In this document: positions 55,150 to 64,000 of the stretch, piece after piece
How positions within the stretch are numbered: the stretch's first letter is position 1
Layout: every line of letters begins with the position of its first letter
From: Isurus oxyrinchus
Lineage: Eukaryota
Reading direction: 5' to 3'
Length of the DNA stretch: 64,000 bases
Assembly (NCBI GenBank): GCA_026770705.1
Contig: JANJGN010000034.1
Span: forward strand, 5,704,001-5,768,000
Translations under genes and position numbers: made by a program
The notes under the pieces: generated by a model
Database searches by the model: none
The model's input: only the letters and a program-made list of their open reading frames with translations
Told to the model about the DNA's origin: nothing

Positions 55150-55577
55150 TTTTGTTTGAGTGAAGTTATGAAGATATTGATAACAAACATGCTGGTCACT
55201 GTCTTCATCAACATCCCTAATATCGCCATAGCAATTGCCATCACTGTCATCATTTATGAATATAGCACTCTTCGTTGATTTTTCGGAAACCCACAGTAAT
55301 TATCATGGCCTATGCTTTCATCATAAGACAAAACAGACAACTGCCACTGCAAGGCGTTTTCACCATTCTGCTGATGATAGAATTATAATGATAATGTCCT
55401 GACAATGAAAGCATAGGCCGTTATAATTACTGTGGTTTTCCAAAATATCAACGAAGAGAGCCAAATACCTAAATGGTGACAGTGATGGCAATTGTTACGG
55501 CGATATTAGGGATGTTGATGAAGATCGGTGATGAGCATTTGTGTTATCAACATCTTCATAACTTCATTCAAAAAAAC
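55150..55577. repeat. Inverted repeat with ~170 bp arms (~55150-55321 and ~55405-55577) and an ~80 nt spacer
   Basis: tgaagttatgaagat...tcttcatcaacatccctaatatcgcc...ggcctatgctttca is the reverse complement of tgaaagcataggcc...ggcgatattagggatgttgatgaaga...atcttcataacttca. Confidence 0.93.
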
Positions 55578-55756
55578 AATGCCTTGTTTTTTTTAGTTAA
55601 CAAAGGAAAATGCTATAGTCCAGTACAAAAGGTTATTATTGAAAACAATTGAACATTCAGCCATGGATGTAGTAGTGAATGTCGGTGCGGGACATGCACT
55701 GTTGTGTAAATCAGAATGTCTGCGTTGTTTGAAGGGTTTTGTTCTTTTCGTTTCAG

Positions 55757-55792
55757 AGCTGGATAATGCCAAGAAAGCTTCAGTCGGTTCAG
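55757..55792 (+). CDS. Micro-exon 14 (36 nt), ELDNAKKASVGS
   Basis: ttcttttcgtttcag|AGCTGGAT...CGGTTCAG|gtagtc. Confidence 0.85.
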
Positions 55793-58700
55793 GTAGTCAC
55801 ACAATAAATATTTTTGTAATAGAAAATAGTCTTGCCCGTTGTTGCCAGATCTCAATTTATAACACGGATGTCAATCACACGTTTTCGTCGATCTCAATGC
55901 AAGATAATCTTTGGCTGAAAGTATAAGTAACCCAATCCCTTTGCTACCAAAACGTAATCCCTATTACAATTCTCCAGAATGTTTGAGAGTATATTTAAGG
56001 ATAATATTGCGTTATTAAAAGTTGATATCAACGTTGCAAAGAACTGCAAGACTGAGGATTTGGAGTGCCTTGAAAACGAATAAAAACTTCATAAAATTTA
56101 AATAGAAATATCTAAAATATACAAAAGAACACATTGTAAGAACGCATTTAACCACATGGAAAGTAAGGGACTTGGTTAAGTTAAGGTTTCTAAAGATAGA
56201 ATAAAGGATATGGACTATCCGGAAAACATAACTGTGTTTGACCGGTATTTTACCTGTGTCTTTATTGCAAAACATACAAGCTCCAAGCAAGAAGATAATG
56301 TTTTATTGATGGCAAAAGAAAATTCCGTGATTGATGCAGAAAATTAATGTCAACAGCCATATATGTATTTGAGAAGATTAAGGGTCCAATACTCAATGCA
56401 TCCCTTGTCCTGATGGTTTACAGTTCTAAAGGAAATCGCACCATAGTTACTGGATCTGATTTACTAAACTTCCAAAGATTCTGGAACTGATGTATCAAAT
56501 TGAATATTTGCACAGCACAATTGTGAAGGCATATTGATGATGTCACAATATTAATAACCCAGAGGACCAGCCTAATGTTACGGGAGCACTAGGTACAGAC
56601 ACACAACATGACAGCTGAAAGATTTGGAGCTCAATTAATATCCCGAGTATAGCTGTAGTCTCATTATTTGTGGCTGTAAAACCAACATTGTTTGTCATAA
56701 AAACTCTTCTGGCTTCATCTTATTGGAAAGAAATCTATTGCATCCTTACCTGGGCTGATCTGCATATGACACAATATTACACCATTTTTCATGCATACCT
56801 GGGCTGTCTAACTTGTGATGCCAGACACACAGAAATAACATTGGCTCGTGGCTGCCATCGGACATTTTCTAGCAAGACTCTCAGTTCCAGGGAAATTAGG
56901 AACGAGTAACACATAATGACCTTGCCACAGGCGATCATATTGCCTTAAAGCTTAAATATTTTTTAAGGAAGGATAAACTTTTATTGTAGGTGTTATAGCC
57001 AACTATAACTGGATTGGTTCCTGTGATGAGATGCTGCCTTATTATGAGTTGCTGGTTAAATTCGTTGTATGTTCTCTCGTAAAGACAGGAGGGGGTCAGA
57101 TCAGACCTTACTAAATCTGAAGGGGCGTGTACGAGGCAACGATGTTAGATTGTTTTTCCACTGACCTGGGGATCGGATACAATGGAGTAAATACTCAAGA
57201 TAAGGAACCGATCGCTCAAGGCTGATATGCAATCATATTAATGCACTATAATTGCTGCGAATCTTTGATCTTGTCAACAAAGATAGCTTTGGCTCTTCAC
57301 TTTTTGAAAATACCTAAGGCTGAGATTGACATAACTTCACGCTTTCTTGGAACCATTTGTCAAGGGGATCCAGCGCACATGTAGATTAAGCTCAAAGGTC
57401 TGTGCCATCATTGCTGATGCTTTTATTTGTGTGTTCTTGTGTTCTTGTGAGTTAGCTTCCAAAATAGTAAATCTGATTATGTACCTGCTGCAATTATATG
57501 GCCACGAATCATACTGGACTTACAAATCAAGAGTGAATAGCGAATTTGTTTAGTAGTTTTCGGATTGTGTTTTCTCCCTTCCTGCCACATGAAGAGTCCA
57601 AGGAGACACATGCTCACCATTTTATCCTGACCCGCAGCCGTTTTTACACTCAGCTGAAGTTAATTGCCTTTGGGCGTGACTTCTAGATTACATCCGTGAG
57701 CAATTTCACCTCAGGGAGCTTGTCGGTCAATCTCATAGAAGAGGTGCTTTTTTTGTTTAAAGTTCCTGAGGTACAAGAAGCCAAAGTGGACATAACCGAG
57801 GCTACAAGCAGTCCCTCGACATAAGTCCCAGGAGCCCAGGAAAATTTAAGTTTTAGTCGGGTAAATGCGTGTGGCCTGAAGAGTGGTAATAAAAGGCGTT
57901 TCGATTGCTGTCTAAAGGGATGGGTCGAGGAGCTTCTCAGGGATCAGAATATTCCTATGTGGCGCCCAGTGTTAATCTTACCTTGCTATTTGGGTATGAC
58001 CGCCCACCGACACGCCACTCCAGCAAACCAACTCCCGACCCCAACCCGCGGATTGGCATCGACGTCACCCCACTGCCATCACCACTCATACTATCTCTCC
58101 TCCCCTCGCAAAGCACATTCCCGCCCGAAGCATGGAATGTGATCATTTTTGGCCTCCTTCATTGCTTGTGCAATAAGGGAGACCTGATGCAAAAATAGGC
58201 AACACGAGCTACCAGGCATAACTGAATTTACCATGGTCACAAAAGAAACGGGAGGAAGAACAAAAGGGGTAGCAATATTCACCAAATAGATCACTGCGGG
58301 CCTCGAGCGAGATTGGGCCCATAGGTGTGAAGATGTCAATCTGATTGGTTACCGCTAACAAAAACTTCAGTGGTACGATTATACTGTTGTGTTCCTTCGA
58401 AGGAACACCAACTAGTGGGGAAGATGTTGCGGTAAAAATGGGCAAGGACCATACAGAGTCGTGCAAGGGTTATACATTTTTTAAACGGGTGACCACTTAT
58501 TTTGATATAAACTTAACAGCCATCATTGATTTTTTTTTAAATCCTTGGAACAAACGGGCAATTGCAGCATTGGCAGAAATTGGCTCAGTTAATGAAGCAG
58601 AGAGATGTGGTGAAAGCTTGACAGGCACAGCGTGGAGAAAAAAAATGCATGTGACTCAAAGCATTCAGATTCTGAAAAAATGGAAACTGCAGAGCGATGC

Positions 58701-60780
58701 TCTTGAAGAGGGAGCGGGAATGGAGGAAGGGGCGGATAAGCTACAGATGAAATTTAAGGCAGAGAATTGATTGTTTTTTTTTTGCCAGAAAAAGGAAGGG
58801 AATCAATAGAAAATAACCTCTACACTTTTTCGAAATGGGGCACATAGAGCCCGGGTGTCACTGGACCTGTTTCCACAAAATGTGAAAGTGAAAGGCCACC
58901 CGAAAAGTTCTTCGGAAAGCAAACACTATCACGGTTTATAAACACTGGAAGAGATTACTGTTGAAGCATTAGATGTTGAAAGATGGCACACGTTGCATGG
59001 TGAAGTGTGTTTAAAGCATTCACAGAAATTAACACTTAAATGCAAGTGGTGGGTGTGTACAGATTCTCCTGTCAACATTAATGACCTAACTGCTAATTCT
59101 ACAGTCAATTGCATCAGTGCAACTCATTTAGAAAGGCCAGTTGGACCAGCTGGGCTATGGCAAGACTTTGCTTTAACCCCCTGCAAGCCCCTTTGCTGAA
59201 ACACGTGATCTTAATCCTGGCCATGTCAAGTCACTGAAGGGTGGCAGAACAATCTAATCATGTTTAAATAGGTCTTGGTTTCACATCTGTCTATCAAGTT
59301 GGACACCCCCATTGCTGCTGATCGTTTTCCAACATGACAGCTGTACGAAATATTTGTGCTCCTACAATTCTGCAGATATTTCTATCAACATTTGCTACCA
59401 CTTAACAGTGACACCGCCTTCTGCTGAGTTTCTGAACGTATTTAATACTTCCTTCACCATTTATCCCTCCAGATTAATCTCATCTATATTAAAACTCTCA
59501 TTAAATACAGTCTTTCACAAATTATTTGGTCACACATCTCAGCATATCTTTCGATGCCTCGTTGTCAATTTGTTCCACTGGGATTCCTGTGTGCACGTCC
59601 GGCCCTTATTTGAATTATGTTGCAATGAGGTTTAGTCCAGAATGCTTCATTGAAACACAAGTTAATGTTGATTGAATAAAAGCAAAATACTGCATTTGCT
59701 GATAAAGTAACACAGAGATTGCAGAAATAAAAACTCGGACATGCGGCAGCAACTGGAGAGTTCGAAAGGGCGGTAGGGTTTCGAATGGAACATGATTTTT
59801 CTTCAAAATTAAAGGGAATTGAAAAGATACTGGTTTCTATGCTTTTGTAATGAGAAGGGGGATGTAGAACCAGCGAAAAACTGTGGAGTGTATTGGAGAT
59901 CGGGAGTGATTAAACAACAAGAATGTCATGAAACGCAAGGCAAAGGGAGCCTCATCGTATCTAGTGGAAAATAGAAACATTAATCCAGACATGAATGTGA
60001 GCAGATAAAAATAAAATGTTTCCCAAATACTTATGAAGTTTATGGAGGAGCTGTTTTAACATTCAGGTTAATTCTGATTTAAATACGATGGTCAAAATTG
60101 GGAAGGCTTTCGTGGACATGTCAAATTGGCACAATCATTTTTGTGCACCACAATAGATGGCAAAAATGGGATATCGGAAAATACATCCAGCTTAGAATCT
60201 CCGTCAAATAGATTTCAGTGCCCAATAACTGAGGGAAATTGGATTTACTTGAGACAGCTTTAAGCAGCATTAATCAGCGGGGTGGACATTGCTTCCAGGT
60301 ATCTCAAACGTGCGATGGAAGATATCCATTCCTCAAAAGAAACTGAAACATTATGAACTGAAATAAGTAGCAATAGTTAGAACTACTTTGAAAGAGCTAA
60401 ATTGTAGGAACAGATTTTGGGATAAATTTCAGAAGTCTCAAGATGCATTCTGACGTCATGGATTATATTCAACCATAATCAAATTTAATGGTTAGCATAG
60501 ATAGATGGGTAAATAACTTCATTATGGTTTTTGAAACATTGCTGTGTGCATATTGTGTCCAAATTCCCACATGACTGTACACGTGTGTTCTTCGAAATCA
60601 ATTAATTGACTGTTTTTTTTGTTTTTGGACGATCTGCTTTTGAGGAAGAAGGTGTATAGACAGAAGTTGAATCATAAGTATTTAGAACAATGGAGAATAT
60701 TTTTTCAGCAGTCATGGAGAGTCCTATGAAATATCTTGAAATGTTGCCAGAATAAAATGGATGCCTTTTCAGTCTTGCGG

Positions 60781-60816
60781 AACTCAAAGAATGCAAAGTT
60801 TATTTAAAAATCTTAG
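60781..60816 (+). pseudogene. Micro-exon 15 (36 nt), ELKECKVYLKIL; probable pseudo-exon with acceptor AG>GG
   Basis: Duplicate of exon 12, preceded by tcttgcgg instead of tcttgcag. Donor gtagaa is retained and the frame is still open. Confidence 0.65.
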
Positions 60817-61472
60817 GTAGAAACGGCATCATTTCCTGTATAAACTCCAACACGGCTATTCCCAAAATGGAACTAGCAGAAAACAGCGAATCAATGTTTG
60901 TGTGCAGCAAAAGAACAACGACATCCAAAGTTGAATGAGTGGTAAGGAACATAGGAGGATGCAAGAGGAACTAAGCCATTCAGGCTATCGAAACTGCAGA
61001 GCGATTCAACTGAACATAGCTAATCGACTTTCTTAAAGCTGTTTTTCGGCTCATTCCCCGTACCCTTTGAAGACATTAGTGCTCATGGATCGTTCAAACT
61101 ATTTTCTAACCATAGTCTATAACGGATTGCACACAGCCTGTGGGGGATAGTACATTTGAGTGAGGAAAGTTATTCGCATCTCATTCCTAATTGGTTTCCC
61201 CTTATTCTCAACCTAAGTGCACTTGTTCTACGTCGAAAATTCTCTATCTACTCCATTACAAAAAAGGTTGTAAGCTTTATTGAGATTACCTCCACTTCTT
61301 TTAAAGTCTGGAAAATAAAGGCCCACTCACCACAACCCCTCCTCGTAGGAGAGTGCCACAATTTGCGTTAGGTGAGGATGAGGGGTGTTGCTGCGAGGTG
61401 GAAGGGAGATTGATATGTTTCTTCATGGTAGATATTTATTCATTCATCTATTCTCTTTTTACTTTTGCATAG

Positions 61473-61499
61473 AAGATAAATTGAGTCGCTGCCTGGATG
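61473..61499 (+). CDS. Micro-exon 16 (27 nt), EDKLSRCLD
   Basis: ttctctttttacttttgcatag|AAGATAAATTGAGTCGCTGCCTGGATG|gtaaag. 25/27 identical to exon 13. Confidence 0.88.
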
Positions 61500-63672
61500 G
61501 TAAAGTATTATGTGCTTTCCCTCTTAACTTGTTAAATCAACAGCAGAGCTAACTTGCAGAAGGAGATTATTGGGCAGGGAACATCCACTTTGGCACTTTG
61601 ACATAACAATCTATAACGAATTCTAAGGCCCCACCACCACATTGCCTTGATAATGCAATAGTTTCAAATTGCCACCACATTTTAATTGTGTTAAATTCAA
61701 CTTGCCTATAGAAATCCCACTGTCAAAGCTTTTATTTTTATATTATACAGTACTATTTTGCAACTTTTTGCGTATGCATCTGGCAGCAAATTCACACAGT
61801 GAAGTCCGGGCCAGTGACTTGTTCTGATATTCAAGCACATTTGATGAAGACATTGAACTGGCAGATGACTTTCCTCACGCTTTTACTTAAATTAATAACA
61901 GTAACCTAGTGATTCTGGAAGATGAGTTGTTGCATTTATGAAGTGGAAAAAGATTTCTAATTATTTAGAGCCATGAAACATACAGGGAGCTCCCATTGAC
62001 AACGACCTCCTTAAAAGTAGAGTATGGACTTGCTCCTCCCTACTTGTACATCGTCCTCCACCAAACCCAAACTATACTAGTTCGCAGCACTCTTTGCTTT
62101 ATGGCCTGGTGAATGTGTGAGGAAAATATAATAATTTTCTTTTTTTCTTTGTTTTATAACGTATTTGGTTTATGGGGATAAGTATATAGGTTTGTCGCTG
62201 CATGGCGCAGTTATATTTAGAATCAAGTGCATGTCTAATGGAAATCATTAAAATATTTTCCCCAATGTATATGCATATATATATAGAGTGGGGAAGATAC
62301 AGCTTGAAAGACCTATGGAGCAAAGTAATTTAGATACTGAAACGAGAGAAACATATGTAAAGGAGACTGAAAGGCTGTTTTTCAGAATGCCATGTAAGAA
62401 GTAATAGGAAAGTGCTCAGTAGCCTTAATGAATCCTCCACCATTTGTACCTCGGAGTGCTATATACTGAAACTGAGGTTGGGGAATATGCATTTGGAATT
62501 TCACTTTCCAATGGTTATTGTGTTAACTGGCTGGTCCTGTTTTAAGTGTAAAACCTATTCTGCATTGTTGTTTGAAAGGGAATGTAAGTGGAAGCCACAT
62601 TAATTAGGAATGTGTGGAGTTACTATATTGGTCAGAAATTTAAGTTCTATGTATGGTTGACATCTTTTATTTTGTTCTTGAATACTCTACTTTTAACTTA
62701 CCTTACTTTCTATTGGTGGAAATATTATTACTGAACTCAGTGTACACATCAGGCAATGAAGATAATCTGCATAACTGTTGTGATAGTGCGACAAGGTTTC
62801 CCTCCTGCATTTGTTGCGCCTGGCACATGTCATTCCCCACGTCATAATACAGGCACCTTGTTGCGATCACTTAATCACTGTTTAACACGCCTCCAGGTAG
62901 CGTTTTTTTAAAATTATTGGCAAATTATAGAGATAGTTATCATCTCCGGGTGGAAGGGTGTGGTGGCAGCGTTGACATTAGTAATGCTGCTTGTAACTGT
63001 TTTTTTATTACTCCCCCTTCTTTCAATGTTGCTGCTTCTAAGGGGAAATTGCTCGGAAAAATTTTTGGAACTTTGAAAAAGAAAAAGCCATTAAATACTG
63101 AAATCATCTTCAGCTTTTTCAAGAAATTCATGATTGGCCTGGGTCCTTACTCTAATTGCCAGGACCTGATAATATATGTTAACTTATTTAGTTAAAAGAA
63201 CAAGCATTTTCTTTTTGACTTTTTAAAAAAATACTTAATTTAAACCAAAACAGACAACTGACAATGCAAGGCGTTTACACATTTCTGCTGATGATAGGAT
63301 TATACCGACAATTTCATGATGATGAATGCATTGGCCACAATAATTAATGTGGTTTTCCAAAATATCAAAGAAGAGAGCGATGTACAGAAATGATGGCAGA
63401 GATGGCAATTGTTATGGCAATATTACGGATGTTGATGAAGGCAATGACGAACATTTCTGTTATCAATATCTTCAAAATTTCACTCACCATTCCGAAGCAT
63501 TGCTATTTTTAATTAACAAAGCCAAATGCTCTAATCCAATACAAAAGGTTATTATTAAAAACAATTGAACATTCAGCACGGATGTAGTTGCAAATGTGGG
63601 TGCGGTACATGAGCTGTTGCTGAAATCAGAATGTCTGGGTTGTTTGAAGGGGCTTATTGTTTCTCTTTTCAG

Positions 63673-63708
63673 AGTTGGATAATGCCAAGAAAGCTTCAGA
63701 CGGTTCAG
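63673..63708 (+). CDS. Micro-exon 17 (36 nt), ELDNAKKASDGS
   Basis: tgtttctcttttcag|AGTTGGAT...CGGTTCAG|gtagtg. 34/36 identical to exon 14. Confidence 0.87.
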
Positions 63709-64000
63709 GTAGTGACACAATAAATGTTTATGTAAACGAAAATGGTTTTGCTCATTATTGCTCAGTCTAACTTTATAGCATCGATGTCAATCATATGTTT
63801 TCGTAAACATCAAAGCAAATTAATTTTTGCTGGGACGTATAAATGATCCCAGATCCTTTGCTGCACAAAGGTAATCGCTATTGCCATTCTCCAGAATTTT
63901 GGGGATTATATTTTTGGATCGTATTGGATTATCAAAAGTCTTTTTTTCACAGTTGCAAAGAAAATACAATTGCCGTTAACTTGTAATACACGTGTGCCTT

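Larger units (their letters stand above)
2325..63708 (+). other. Internal part of a multi-exon gene: array of 17 phase-1 micro-exons encoding a ~183-aa coiled-coil segment (gene extends beyond both window edges)
   Basis: Exons of exactly 36 or 27 nt, each with a pyrimidine-rich AG acceptor and GT donor (one GG acceptor). They join in one open frame with heptad periodicity. No start or terminal exon was found. Confidence 0.9.
47000..64000. repeat. ~8 kb tandem segmental duplication: units ~47000-54950, ~54950-63030 and a third starting ~63030 that runs off the window
   Basis: Collinear homologous anchors: ctgatgata at ~47236/55371/63288, paralogous exons at 47622/55757/63673, ctgacccgcagccgttt at ~49362/57627, gagcagataaaaataaaatg at 51781/~59999, tacttgtacatcgtcctccaccaaacc at ~53867/62041. 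Confidence 0.93.

Noticed and set aside
58345-58770. 141-aa plus-strand ORF
   Set aside because: Falls in decayed LINE-like sequence, and the paralogous region near 50080-50490 is not open.
1-64000. Prokaryotic systems (operons, CRISPR arrays, IS elements), rRNA or tRNA genes
   Set aside because: No dense long ORFs, no repeat-spacer arrays and no recognisable RNA genes. The sequence has spliceosomal intron and vertebrate retroelement character.

Overview
This is AT-rich eukaryotic DNA, not prokaryotic. It is dominated by decayed non-LTR retroelements (CR1/L2-like LINEs, an RTE-like LINE, Penelope-like elements). The repeat set resembles that of cartilaginous fish, which is an inference from recalled repeat motifs. 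The supplied ORFs are almost all noise or retroelement debris. The main signal is invisible to the ORF track: 17 plus-strand micro-exons (10 of 36 nt, 7 of 27 nt) spread over 2325-63708. Sixteen are flanked by AG/GT and one has a GG acceptor, and all are phase 1-1. They splice into a stop-free ~183-aa peptide: DLRKLKEDVDNK-AKALAEKND-ELAKMAENVDNL-EQQIKKCER-EIAKLKEDLTDS-ENKLRTCEQ-EVARLKNDLRDQ-GGELNQCKK-ELEDAKVNLKKT-SDQLDLCQK-ELGNAKKASDGS-EHKECKDSLKLL-EDKLSQCLD-ELDNAKKASVGS-(ELKECKVYLKIL)-EDKLSRCLD-ELDNAKKASDGS. The peptide has a regular heptad coiled-coil pattern, each 36+27 pair encodes 21 aa (3 heptads), and Cys recurs at a core position. The 3' part of the array has been expanded by an ~8 kb tandem duplication. 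One duplicated exon has lost its AG acceptor, and one copy carries a private ~170 bp inverted repeat. The gene's start, end and identifying domains are not visible in this window, so no gene symbol is assigned. Repeat boundaries are approximate.
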